DNA from: Promethearchaeota archaeon
GTDB lineage: Archaea > Asgardarchaeota > Lokiarchaeia > Sigyniarchaeales > SOKP01
Direction: 5' to 3'
Assembly: GCA_019058245.1 (NCBI GenBank)
Contig: JAHPZJ010000027.1
Span: 10,344-74,343 of the forward strand
DNA: 64,000 nt
Shown here: piece by piece, positions 19,971-29,649 of the stretch
Numbering within the stretch: the stretch's first letter is position 1
Layout of the letters: every line of letters begins with the position of its first letter
Translations under genes and position numbers: made by a program
The notes under the pieces: model-generated
Databases searched by the model: none
Told to the model about the DNA's origin: nothing
The model's input: the letters and a program-made list of their open reading frames with translations, nothing else

Positions 19971-19999
19971 AAAAAAATAATAATAGTTAATTTTTAGTT

Positions 20000-22183
20000 T
20001 TACCACGAAATGCCCTTTAAAAATTTGATATCCTGGATCAATCTTTGAGATTCATGTTTTGGAACCTCCATATACGCAAAAAATTCATTTTGCCAAAATG
20101 CTCTTCCAGAAGAAATACTACGTATCTCTTCAGTAAATTTTATAGAATTTCTAACTGATAATAATATTTCAATTATTGCTTGATATTCATTATCTTGATC
20201 AATAGTTTTAATTTTAGCCGAATATTTTGATAGTAGGGAAATTACATTTTTAATATAATTTGGGGGAAGTTGGATAATTGTGTGATATATTGGTTCCAAT
20301 AAAATTAGTTCTGCTTCAGTCAAACCTCTTTTTATAGCATCATAAAACATAGCAGATATTTCAGTAAACAAACTCTCATGGGCGATATTTTCAAAACTTA
20401 AACTTTCAATTATTAATTTAATTTCTGTGAGTTTTTCTGAACATATTGGACCATTTAAATGAATATTTTCAAATATCTCAAGAATCATATTTTTGAAAAA
20501 ATCATCTGATTCTCCCTTATAAATTATTATATTTTGATCAAAATCACATTTCCAGAAATATTCAATTTCTTCCTCACTAAGTAAAGTTTTTTCCTTCAAT
20601 ATTTCTTTTAATTTGCTAATAGGTTTAATTGTTTTATAATCAATATTTCGAAAAAACCTTAAAGTCTTGTTATCTAATCTTTCAATCTTTATTTTAAGGG
20701 AACCTTTACCATTTGGCGAAGTAACAGAAATTAAGGAAGAATTCAAACGACAAGATTCTTTAAAAACTGCTCGAGGTTCTGATATTGAAAGATTTACACC
20801 CTTCTTACCTATTTCATTAGCAGAAACTTCAAGATGTAGTGGTCCCATTCCACTCAATAAAAATTCACCATTTTCCTCATTTACTTCAAATTTTAAATTT
20901 GGATCCTCTACTAATAGATTTTCAATTAATTCTTTCATTTTATCTAAATCTCTTAAATACTCTGGTTCAATAGAAACCGTCATTACAGGATTAGTAATAT
21001 ATTTCACACTTTCGAATGGCACCATTTCGTCAATACTGTTGCTATCTATTATGGTTTCACTACTCTTTATATTTTTAAGACCTTCTATAGCTACTATATT
21101 ACCAACAGGTACTTTTTCTGCTTGTTCCCTTCTTTGACCCATAAAAATAGCAATTCGTTGAATTCTCTCATATCTATTTTCATTTAAAAGAAAAATTTCC
21201 TTTCTATTCGTACAGCTACCTGAAAATATTCTTCCAGTGGATATTAAACCATGTTTGTCTACTTGAACTTTACTTAAATATACAATTAATGGACCATTAG
21301 GATCACAATTAACCATTGCCTTTCCTAATTTAGAATTAATATCTCCATCCCATATTTTTTTAATTCTATATTTTTGTGCTTCTATAGGATTTGGTAAATG
21401 ATCAACAACCATTTCCAATATGGCTTTATGAATTGGAAAAAATGTGGCCAAATCCGCGTAAGTTTTTTTAGAATAGGTCTCTTTCTTATATCTTTCTCTA
21501 ATATCTTTAAATTTTAAGCTACTTTTTTCTAGAATACTTAATGTAAAACCCCATTTATGAAGTGCCGACCCAAAAGCAACATTACCACCAAGAGGCGAAA
21601 CTTTCCATCTTTTATTAAAAGGATGTGTAGCATATCTTTCTATAAGATCGTTGAATGATTTGATAATTCTTACATATTTCTTTCTTATATCCTCATCGGA
21701 AAGTTTCAATTCTCTTATTAAACGATCAACTTTATTAATAAATAGTATAGGCTTAACACCCTCTTGTAAAGCTTGTTTAATGACTGTTTCAGATTGACTA
21801 ATTACTTCTTCAACGGCATCAACCACCACCACTACGCCATCTACCAATCTAAGAGCTCTAGTTACTTTTCCACTGAAGTCTAAATGACCTGGAGTATCTA
21901 CTAAATTAACAAGAAAAGGATCATACCCTTCTAATGATTTCTCATAGTATAAAGATATGTTTGCAGACTTCATAGTTATGCCTCGTCTTTGTTCTTCATC
22001 AAGAAAATCTAAAGCACGGGCTTCTCCTGCTAAATCTGAGGATAGAAAACCCGCTTCGCTTAGTAGAGAATCAGAGAGTGTTGTTTTTCCATGATCTATA
22101 TGACCAACTAAACCAAAATTTCTAATATTTTGAGTTTTTTCCATAAGATTCAGTATTTCCGCAATTTCTTTTCTGCGAGGCAT
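20000..22183 (-). CDS. elongation factor 2 paralogue (aEF-2-like GTPase without a recognisable diphthamide motif)
   Basis: 727 aa with G1 GHIDHGKT, G3 DTPGH, G4 NKVD and aEF-2-like domain order. The domain IV tip reads ENIAHESLFTEISAMFYDAI where canonical aEF-2 has H-R-G-x-x-Q. Confidence 0.85.
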   Translation of the reverse strand: MPRRKEIAEILNLMEKTQNIRNFGLVGHIDHGKTTLSDSLLSEAGFLSSDLAGEARALDFLDEEQRRGITMKSANISLYYEKSLEGYDPFLVNLVDTPGHLDFSGKVTRALRLVDGVVVVVDAVEEVISQSETVIKQALQEGVKPILFINKVDRLIRELKLSDEDIRKKYVRIIKSFNDLIERYATHPFNKRWKVSPLGGNVAFGSALHKWGFTLSILEKSSLKFKDIRERYKKETYSKKTYADLATFFPIHKAILEMVVDHLPNPIEAQKYRIKKIWDGDINSKLGKAMVNCDPNGPLIVYLSKVQVDKHGLISTGRIFSGSCTNRKEIFLLNENRYERIQRIAIFMGQRREQAEKVPVGNIVAIEGLKNIKSSETIIDSNSIDEMVPFESVKYITNPVMTVSIEPEYLRDLDKMKELIENLLVEDPNLKFEVNEENGEFLLSGMGPLHLEVSANEIGKKGVNLSISEPRAVFKESCRLNSSLISVTSPNGKGSLKIKIERLDNKTLRFFRNIDYKTIKPISKLKEILKEKTLLSEEEIEYFWKCDFDQNIIIYKGESDDFFKNMILEIFENIHLNGPICSEKLTEIKLIIESLSFENIAHESLFTEISAMFYDAIKRGLTEAELILLEPIYHTIIQLPPNYIKNVISLLSKYSAKIKTIDQDNEYQAIIEILLSVRNSIKFTEEIRSISSGRAFWQNEFFAYMEVPKHESQRLIQDIKFLKGISW

Positions 22184-22391
22184 GGTTCAACTAATTTATT
22201 ATCTATAATTGTATTTAAAATTATAATTATTCTGATTAAAATTTTAGGATTTCCAAGAAATTAAATTAGCGGGAAATGATTTTTCTCACTACTCAAGATC
22301 TTCTTCATTTAATTGATTTTTTCATAATCAATCTCAGTTGGGTCAGATAGGTCAATGAAAAACTCATTTCCCTAAGTTAATAAAGTAAGAG

Positions 22392-23024
22392 TTATAATTT
22401 AACTTCTCCATCAATTCTGACTATTCTTCCGGCAATGCTCAATTTCCCATCACAGAATAGTTCTATAGCTTTTGGAAATACTTTATGTTCCCATTTTAAT
22501 ATTCTAGGCCCTAATGTTTCTTTTGTATCTGTATCATAAACAGGTACACATTTCTGCATTATAATCGGACCATGATCTTCATGATTGTCAACAAAATGGA
22601 CAGTTACTCCAGAAACTTTAACTCCATAGGCTAAAGTATCTTCGTGGGCATGCATACCTTTGAAACTTGGAAGTAGAGCAGGGTGAATATTCATTATATT
22701 CCCTTTATAATGATTTATGAACATTTCACTGACAAAACGCATGTAACCAACTAGTACAATAAGCTCACATTTGTAATTATCTATTACATTGATCATTTTC
22801 TGGTCATATTCTTCTCTAGATCCTCGATCTTTATCTGATTCAATCAAAACATATGGAATCTTATGGTTTTTAGCTCTTTCTATACAATAGGCTCCTGCTT
22901 TATTGCAAATAAGTACTTCTACTGTGGCCTTATCTTTTAAAATCCCGGTTTCACATGCATTAACTATTGCTTCAAAATTAGAACCTGAACCAGAAGCAAT
23001 AGCACCTACTTTAATTTTTCTCAT
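22392..23024 (-). CDS. purN: phosphoribosylglycinamide formyltransferase
   Basis: 210 aa with GSGSNFEAI, NIHPALLPSFKG and the HFVDNHEDHGPII motif. Confidence 0.9.
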   Translation of the reverse strand: MRKIKVGAIASGSGSNFEAIVNACETGILKDKATVEVLICNKAGAYCIERAKNHKIPYVLIESDKDRGSREEYDQKMINVIDNYKCELIVLVGYMRFVSEMFINHYKGNIMNIHPALLPSFKGMHAHEDTLAYGVKVSGVTVHFVDNHEDHGPIIMQKCVPVYDTDTKETLGPRILKWEHKVFPKAIELFCDGKLSIAGRIVRIDGEVKL

Positions 23025-23452
23025 AATTCAATTTAGTCTATCTTCACAAAAAAATATATCCAAATAATTAAAAATTATCAAATGGAAAAAAGATACAATA
23101 TAATAATACAATAATTATTTTAGTTTTATTATAATGATAATGTTTTTATTTGATTGCACCATATCTATCCTAGAAATTTAGTAATATTTCATTCTAAAAA
23201 TTATTCTCTTTCGAAAAAAATATTATTCCGTGAGAGAATACGATACTATTTATTTAAAATAAGCATTTACAAATAACAAAACCATATCTATATAAAAATT
23301 AAATTTCAATTGTTATTATTGAACACGTAACTACATAATTATATTTAAATCAAAAACCCCAAAAAATATGGATAAAAATCTAAATCTTACGATTTAACCA
23401 TACTATTAAAAACGTATTTAGAAATATTAATTAACTAGCGTATTGAAGATTT

Positions 23453-25363
23453 ATGAGTTTTGAAAGTGAATTGAAACGAATCAAGGATGAAATTGTCCAG
23501 AACCTTCCACCAGAAATAAGAGTCAAGAAGATTGAGTTTGAAGGACCTGAGATAGCTGTTTATTCTGAAAATTCAGACGTAGATGCAATTGAAAGCTCAA
23601 CTATTTTAAAAGATTTAGCAAAAACAATGCGAAAAAGAGTTGTTTTTCGATGGAATGTTGATAAACGCAAAGATCCTGTTGAAACAGAAAGTTATATTAG
23701 AAATTTAGTAGCTGAAGATGCAGAAATTTCTAATATTGAATTTGATCATACCAGAGGAGAAGTAATAATAGAATCTGGGAAACCTGGACTCGTTATTGGT
23801 AAAAAAGGAGTTAATCTAAAAGAAATCAGGACTAACACATATTGGCAACCTAAAACTATAAGAACACCACCATTAACCTCAAGAACAATTCAATTAATAA
23901 GAGGAATGCTTTCAAAAGAACGTCAAACTCAAAAGGATATTCTTTTAAGAATCGGTAAAAGAATTCATAGACCTGCTCTTTTTAAAAACTTAAACATTAG
24001 GTTAAGTGCCTTAGGTGGTTTTAGAGAAGTAGGGAGATCTTGCATATTAATGCAAACAAGGGATAGTAATGTACTACTAGATTGTGGATTGAATGTTGGG
24101 AATATCAATGATAGATTTCCATACTTTGATGTTCCTGAATTTTCATTAAGAGATCTTGATGCTGTTATTATATCACATGCTCATATGGATCATTGTGGCC
24201 TTGTTCCATTTCTATACAAATATGGTTATCGTGGACCTATTTATTCCACATTACCAACACGAAATCTATCAACAATGCATCAATTAGATTTCATTCAAGT
24301 TTGTGAAAAGGAAGGCGTTCCATCACCGTATTCGAAAAGGGATGTAAAATCAACAGTCCTTCATACAATCCCACTTTCATGGGGGAAAGTAACCGATATT
24401 GCACCAGATATAAAATTAACACTTCACAATTCTGGGCATATATTAGGATCATCAATGGTACATTTGCATTTTGGAAAAGGGGACTATAATTTTGTTTATA
24501 CAGGAGATTTTAAATTTCAAAAAACAAGATTATTAGAGAAAGCTGCTGTGAAATTCCCTAGAGTAGAAAGCCTATTAATTGAAGCCACTTATGGTGGTCC
24601 TCAAGATAGAATTCCTAGTAGACAAGAATCTGAAAAAGAACTCAAACAAATATTAAACTCTACCCTTAAAAGAGGTGGAAAAATTTTAGTTCCAGTTTTA
24701 GCTGTAGGTAGAGCTCAAGAATTGTTAATAGTCTTGGAAGAATATATTTCGAAAGGCTTTATTGATAAAGTACCAATCTTTATAGATGGATTGATAAGTG
24801 AAGCAACCGCAATTCATACTGCTAATCCTGATTTTCTTAGTAGCGATTTAAGAGAAAAAATCTTACATCAAGGAAAGAATCCATTTCTAAGTGATTACTT
24901 TGAAACAGTTTCAGCTCAAGAGGAAAGATTAGATATTATAAAAGGTGGACCATGTATAATCATGGCAACTAGTGGAATGCTTATTGGAGGGCCATCTGTG
25001 CAATATTTAAAAGGATTAGCTAATGATGCAAAAAATTCATTGGTTTTTGTATCCTATCAAGTTTCAGGTACACTAGGGAGTCGAATTCAGCGTGGATTTC
25101 GAGAATTTCAGTATGTTGATGCTAAAGGACGAACCCAACTCGTAAGATTGAACTTAAAAGTATTTACTCTTGAAGGTTTCAGTGGTCATTCATCTCGTAG
25201 TCAAATATCTCAATTTTTGAGAAGAATTCAACCACGACCTAAAACAATTATAGTAAACCATGGGGAAGAAAGTAAGTGTATCAGTCTATCGACAATGATA
25301 CATAAGAAACTCAGAAAGAGTACAAAGAGCCCGAAGAATCTTGAAACTGTATTCTTAAAATAA
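23453..25363 (+). CDS. archaeal CPSF1-type KH / beta-CASP ribonuclease
   Basis: 636 aa with N-terminal KH segments (VIGKKGVNLKEI), metallo-beta-lactamase motif HAHMDHCG and a beta-CASP region. Confidence 0.9.
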   Translation: MSFESELKRIKDEIVQNLPPEIRVKKIEFEGPEIAVYSENSDVDAIESSTILKDLAKTMRKRVVFRWNVDKRKDPVETESYIRNLVAEDAEISNIEFDHTRGEVIIESGKPGLVIGKKGVNLKEIRTNTYWQPKTIRTPPLTSRTIQLIRGMLSKERQTQKDILLRIGKRIHRPALFKNLNIRLSALGGFREVGRSCILMQTRDSNVLLDCGLNVGNINDRFPYFDVPEFSLRDLDAVIISHAHMDHCGLVPFLYKYGYRGPIYSTLPTRNLSTMHQLDFIQVCEKEGVPSPYSKRDVKSTVLHTIPLSWGKVTDIAPDIKLTLHNSGHILGSSMVHLHFGKGDYNFVYTGDFKFQKTRLLEKAAVKFPRVESLLIEATYGGPQDRIPSRQESEKELKQILNSTLKRGGKILVPVLAVGRAQELLIVLEEYISKGFIDKVPIFIDGLISEATAIHTANPDFLSSDLREKILHQGKNPFLSDYFETVSAQEERLDIIKGGPCIIMATSGMLIGGPSVQYLKGLANDAKNSLVFVSYQVSGTLGSRIQRGFREFQYVDAKGRTQLVRLNLKVFTLEGFSGHSSRSQISQFLRRIQPRPKTIIVNHGEESKCISLSTMIHKKLRKSTKSPKNLETVFLK

Positions 25364-25559
25364 GCGTGATTAGTGAACTGGAAAAATTGATGCCCTAAAA
25401 TTAATCGATTGTTTATTTACATAAAAATATCGAATAATCAGGACATTAAAAATAATAAACTCATAATCTATTATTATTCTTTTGTCAATTTTTCGGAGAA
25501 AAAATAATTTTTTTAAATAGCATTAATTACTCTTTTTAAATAGTATTTTGTGGTAATCT

Positions 25560-26501
25560 TTGAATTTAAAAGACATTCATATTAAAAATCATTTGGTAAC
25601 TATTTTTAGACATATTATACAAATTATCGCTTTTATTCTTATTAATTATCTGATTTTGGAATTTATCTTTAAAATTAATTTAAAGGCTTTAGAGAACTTT
25701 TTTAGAATACTACCAATTTTGAATTCTCCCCGAAATCCACTTTCAAAGGGCGCTGGAATTACAGAATATATTTTCTTTTCATTTACAGAAGGGATTATAC
25801 CAGTCTTTTTAATTGGAATTTTTATCCTAATCATTCTATTTACAAACAGATTCTTTTGTGGGTGGATTTGCCCCATAGGTACCATTCAAGACGCGTGTGC
25901 TGCGATACCAACTAATAAAAAGACTTTAAAGATTAGTACTCATAATTCTTTACTAAAACTTAAATATATAGTTATAATCATTTTAGTGATTCTTCTTATT
26001 CCATTAGCTCTTACTAAAGAGACGAATATAACCTACTATTTAGAATTTAGAGCCAGTATAGGAGATTTTGGGGATAAACCATTATCTTATTTCTCACTTT
26101 CTGAATATATTTTTTATTTCTTTCCAAATATAGCAATAAATGTCTTTCAAACTGCCAGTTTAGGACCTCTTTTTAAAAATTTTTTAGTTTTCTTTCTGAC
26201 AATCTTCTATTTAATTATTATAGTTTTATCAGTTTGGTATCCACGAATATACTGTAGATATATTTGTCCATTTGCAGCATTATCTTCTACTATTAGTTCT
26301 TATTCATTCCTTAAATTGTCAAGAAGCCCTGTAAGATGTTTAGGAAGAACAGAGTGTGGTGTTTGTGAAAAAGTTTGCCCAAAACAAATAAGGATACTAG
26401 ATGAACCCTTTGAATTCTTTACAGGAAAAGGCGAGTGTAATTATTGTCTAAAATGCAAAGAAGTGTGTCCACATGATGCGATAAATATTAAATTTGGATG
26501 A
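25560..26501 (+). CDS. membrane-bound 4Fe-4S ferredoxin-type protein (NapH/NosR-like)
   Basis: Several TM segments, with FFCGWICPIGT, CRYICPFAA, CGVCEKVCP and CNYCLKCKEVCP motifs. TTG start. Confidence 0.6.
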   Translation: MNLKDIHIKNHLVTIFRHIIQIIAFILINYLILEFIFKINLKALENFFRILPILNSPRNPLSKGAGITEYIFFSFTEGIIPVFLIGIFILIILFTNRFFCGWICPIGTIQDACAAIPTNKKTLKISTHNSLLKLKYIVIIILVILLIPLALTKETNITYYLEFRASIGDFGDKPLSYFSLSEYIFYFFPNIAINVFQTASLGPLFKNFLVFFLTIFYLIIIVLSVWYPRIYCRYICPFAALSSTISSYSFLKLSRSPVRCLGRTECGVCEKVCPKQIRILDEPFEFFTGKGECNYCLKCKEVCPHDAINIKFG

Positions 26502-26597
26502 AAAATGCGATAAATTTTAATATTGAAGTGATATAATCTTCTTAAGATTCAATTCTTTCATATATCACTCTTATTTTTAATATAAATACATAATCAT

Positions 26598-27815
26598 ATG
26601 GTTTTTAAAGTCATGGATAAACGAACAATTAAACTTTTGCAGACACGAATGAAAAGGGATGTGAATGTAGGAATTCATGGTATATTAGATTCAGAAGCTA
26701 GCAGATATTATAAAGAAGAAAGTGAAGAAATAAGACCTCCATTCTTTAGAGATGTTGATAGAATAGTTCATTCCAAAGCTTATGCCCGTTATATTGATAA
26801 ATCTCAAGTATTTTTCGATATTAATAATGCAAACATCACTCATCGCTCATTACATGTTCATATTGTTTCAAGGATTGCTCGTCAGATAGGAAGAGTTTTA
26901 AGATTAAATACCGATCTAATAGAAGCAATTTCATTGGGGCATGATATTGGACATGCCCCATTTGGACATCTGGGTGAAGATATTTTAAATGAAATAAGCA
27001 AAAACTATAAAATTGGGTCTTTTACTCATAATGCACAGGGAATTAGATGGCTTTCATATCTTGAAAAAAGAAATCCAGAACGTCCTGCTAATGGACTTAA
27101 TTTAACATTGCAGGTTCTCGATGGGATATTATGTCATGATGGTGAAGTTAATGAGCAAAAATTAAAACCTATAAAAAGAAATGGAAAGTCTTGGGAAGAT
27201 CATTTCAAAGAATATGAGGACTGTTTTAATGAGAATAAAATTAAGAGAATACCTATGACTTATGAAGCTATAGTAACTCGGTTCAGTGATACTATCAGCT
27301 ATATAGGCAGAGATATTGAAGATGCAATTTTATTGAAATTAGTTTCTCGAGACCAAATTCCTAAATATTGCAAAAAAATTCTCGGAGATACAAATGCAAA
27401 AATAATAGATACTTTAATAACTGATTTACTGAACTTTAGTTTAGATAATGATATAATCGGTTATAGTGATGAAATTTTTCAAGCGCTAAAAGACCTGAAA
27501 ACATTTAATTATGAAAATATATATATTAGAAGAGATTTAGAAGAGACATCCTCTACAAGGACATACTTAGATGAATTAAAAGAAAAATTTTTCCTTATTT
27601 TCGAAAGATCATTAATAGATTTAGAGGAGGGAAATTATGAAGCACCCATCTTTAAAGACCATATTGAATATATTGATGATAAAAATTATTCTACATATTA
27701 TTTTCCACTTAAAGATGATAAAAAGCTAACTCTAATAACAAGAGATTATATTGCAGGGATGTCTGATAAATACTTTAATGAGATATTTAGCCAGTTTCAT
27801 AAAAAAGTAATTTAA
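26598..27815 (+). CDS. HD-domain dNTP triphosphohydrolase-like protein (dGTPase family)
   Basis: 405 aa with RSLHVHIVSRIARQIG and GHDIGHAPFGH motifs. Confidence 0.75.
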   Translation: MVFKVMDKRTIKLLQTRMKRDVNVGIHGILDSEASRYYKEESEEIRPPFFRDVDRIVHSKAYARYIDKSQVFFDINNANITHRSLHVHIVSRIARQIGRVLRLNTDLIEAISLGHDIGHAPFGHLGEDILNEISKNYKIGSFTHNAQGIRWLSYLEKRNPERPANGLNLTLQVLDGILCHDGEVNEQKLKPIKRNGKSWEDHFKEYEDCFNENKIKRIPMTYEAIVTRFSDTISYIGRDIEDAILLKLVSRDQIPKYCKKILGDTNAKIIDTLITDLLNFSLDNDIIGYSDEIFQALKDLKTFNYENIYIRRDLEETSSTRTYLDELKEKFFLIFERSLIDLEEGNYEAPIFKDHIEYIDDKNYSTYYFPLKDDKKLTLITRDYIAGMSDKYFNEIFSQFHKKVI

Positions 27816-27925
27816 TTAATTTTACTTTTTTAATTCATATTTTCCCCATATACATCCCAATTTTTCTTTTATTCAAATTTGATTATATTATACTTATATC
27901 ATAATGTATTTAATAATAAAAGGGT

Positions 27926-28066
27926 GGATTACACTAGGAGGATTATTGTAAAAAAGTATTTTCAGTTTATACGGGGTTTTTTTTTTCAGTCACACGGGGT
28001 TTTAAAAACTAGTTTTTTTTAAACTGATCTCTTTTTAAAATCCTCCAAAACAAGTGTGTGTAATCC
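27926..28066. repeat. nested imperfect inverted repeat enclosing a tandem direct repeat (MITE-like or structured RNA)
   Basis: GGATTACAC (27926..27934) pairs with GTGTAATCC (28058..28066). GGAGGATT (27937..27944) pairs with AATCCTCC (28039..28046). TCAGTTT (27962..27968) pairs with AAACTGA (28021..28027). The core holds two copies of TTTCAGT-N3/4-ACGGGGTTTT and the palindrome AAAAACTAGTTTTT. Confidence 0.6.
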
Positions 28067-28297
28067 AAGTAAATTAATATTGATCTTAATAAATAAATCT
28101 ATCTTATTTGACAAAAAAATAAAAATAAAAAAATAGTTATAATTTACAAGCTTTTTAATAATATTCTTATGAATTAAGATGTTGCTATCATGATATTAAT
28201 TCGATTCATAAGTTATTTTACCAAATTTTAATTGTTAGATAAATAATTAGGATCCTTTAGATTTCTAAATAATTCATATTAAAGATTTTATTTTACT

Positions 28298-29080
28298 TTA
28301 TATCATTAAATTTCTGACTTTTAAACATTTTCGGAATATATAAATATAAATTAATACGAAAATTATATCTGTAATTAAATTACCTATTCGATATATAAGC
28401 AATGAATTATTGATGTATCTCAAAAAATCAATAGTATTACTAATAAATTCAGATATTGTATTTAGAAAGCTAATTATTCCCAATATCGACATAACATATA
28501 AAACACAAGCGGAAGATGTATTTATCTTAAAATCAAACCATTTCACTCCATCTGTCGTATTGTTCAAATGAGATTTTCTAAATTTTAGACAACAAACTAA
28601 TGAATATAAATAAAACCCTAAAACAATCGATGGTATCAGGAAAAACAGTAAAATTGAAAAAATATCAGAGGGAATAATAGTTAAAGTAAAATCGAAAATA
28701 TAGATAAATATTATAGAGCAGATACTTATAATACCAATCGTGGTTCTAATAAATATAATTAAAGTAGAGGTGCTATTTAATTCAAATCTAAAAAATTTTG
28801 TTTTATTACTATTCTCATCTGTAAGAGGCTCCATCTTCTTTCTATCTCTTTTTGAGAATAATAAGCATTTATATATTGTATATCCATCAATCAGAGCAAA
28901 AAAGATTGCTTCAATTAAAATCAATATAATTGGCATAAGAAAAATAAATATTCCCGGTAAATCTATGAACCTATTCAAGCTAAAAATTATTATATAAATT
29001 GTTCCATAAATCCCTGCAAAAAAACTAATTAATCCAAATAATGACATAAAGAAAAGAACAGTGGCAGAAGTTCTGTTCAT
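28298..29080 (-). CDS. repeat-module membrane protein (modules 2-4), in frame with 29111..29440
   Basis: 260 aa with three copies of a two-TM module that starts [FW]F.F.(L/I)N.(T)S and ends with a Cys-Leu motif. Confidence 0.6.
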   Translation of the reverse strand: MNRTSATVLFFMSLFGLISFFAGIYGTIYIIIFSLNRFIDLPGIFIFLMPIILILIEAIFFALIDGYTIYKCLLFSKRDRKKMEPLTDENSNKTKFFRFELNSTSTLIIFIRTTIGIISICSIIFIYIFDFTLTIIPSDIFSILLFFLIPSIVLGFYLYSLVCCLKFRKSHLNNTTDGVKWFDFKINTSSACVLYVMSILGIISFLNTISEFISNTIDFLRYINNSLLIYRIGNLITDIIFVLIYIYIFRKCLKVRNLMI

Positions 29081-29110
29081 ACTAAATCCAAACCAATCTA
29101 TAGAATTATT

Positions 29111-29440
29111 TTAATCAATTAAATACTTATCTCTCGTTATTAAACAAGAAAATAAAGTATAAACCATTATTGATAGTTGTATCAAATAGAGGATACTACC
29201 AATTAAAGTAATTATTAAATCGTTGATTGGAGGTATTGGTTGCATGTCGATAAAATCAAGGATATAATTATAACCGGTTGATATTGAAGAAATTAGAAAT
29301 GCTATAACTAAATAAAAGAGAATTACTGTAGAAGTCTGGTCTAAACTAAATCCAAAAAACTTTAACTCTTCATTTCTCTGATCATCCACGGATATCACCT
29401 TATCTATGAAAAGTAAATATATGTATTTAAAATTAATCAA
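29111..29440 (-). CDS. membrane protein carrying module 1 of the same repeat
   Basis: 109 aa. KFFGFSLDQTSTVILFY plus two TM segments plus SCLITR. The TAA at 29111..29113 is in frame with the downstream ORF. Confidence 0.55.
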   Translation of the reverse strand: MINFKYIYLLFIDKVISVDDQRNEELKFFGFSLDQTSTVILFYLVIAFLISSISTGYNYILDFIDMQPIPPINDLIITLIGSILYLIQLSIMVYTLFSCLITRDKYLID

Positions 29441-29504
29441 TATAGGTTTAGATTTAAAAATTGAGAAAGTTTTTTAGAATTATCAACTTATTAATAATTA
29501 AATC

Positions 29505-29606
29505 AGCCCAGTGGTGTAGCGGTCAAGCATCGGGGGCCCTGATAAGTCTAAACGTCTAGGATCTTGGAGATACCCCTGAACCACGGTTCGAATCCGTGCT
29601 GGGCTA
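29505..29606 (+). tRNA. intron-containing tRNA, probably tRNA-Gln(CUG)
   Basis: Acceptor AGCCCAG/CUGGGCU (A1:U72) plus A73; D-arm GUGU-AGCGGUCAA-GCAU; anticodon stem GGGGG/CCCCU; T-arm CACGG-UUCGAAU-CCGUG. 36 nt lie between the anticodon-stem halves. A canonical 37/38 intron (29543..29571) gives the loop CCCUGAA. Confidence 0.8.
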
Positions 29607-29649
29607 TTTTTATACTGGTATTCTTTGTTATCTACTTATATTTATATAA

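Noticed and set aside
27959-28003. Tandem TTTCAGT-N-ACGGGGTTTT repeats, considered as a mini CRISPR array.
   Set aside because: There are only two short copies with no spacer-sized unique segments, and they are embedded in a larger inverted repeat. This is not CRISPR-like.
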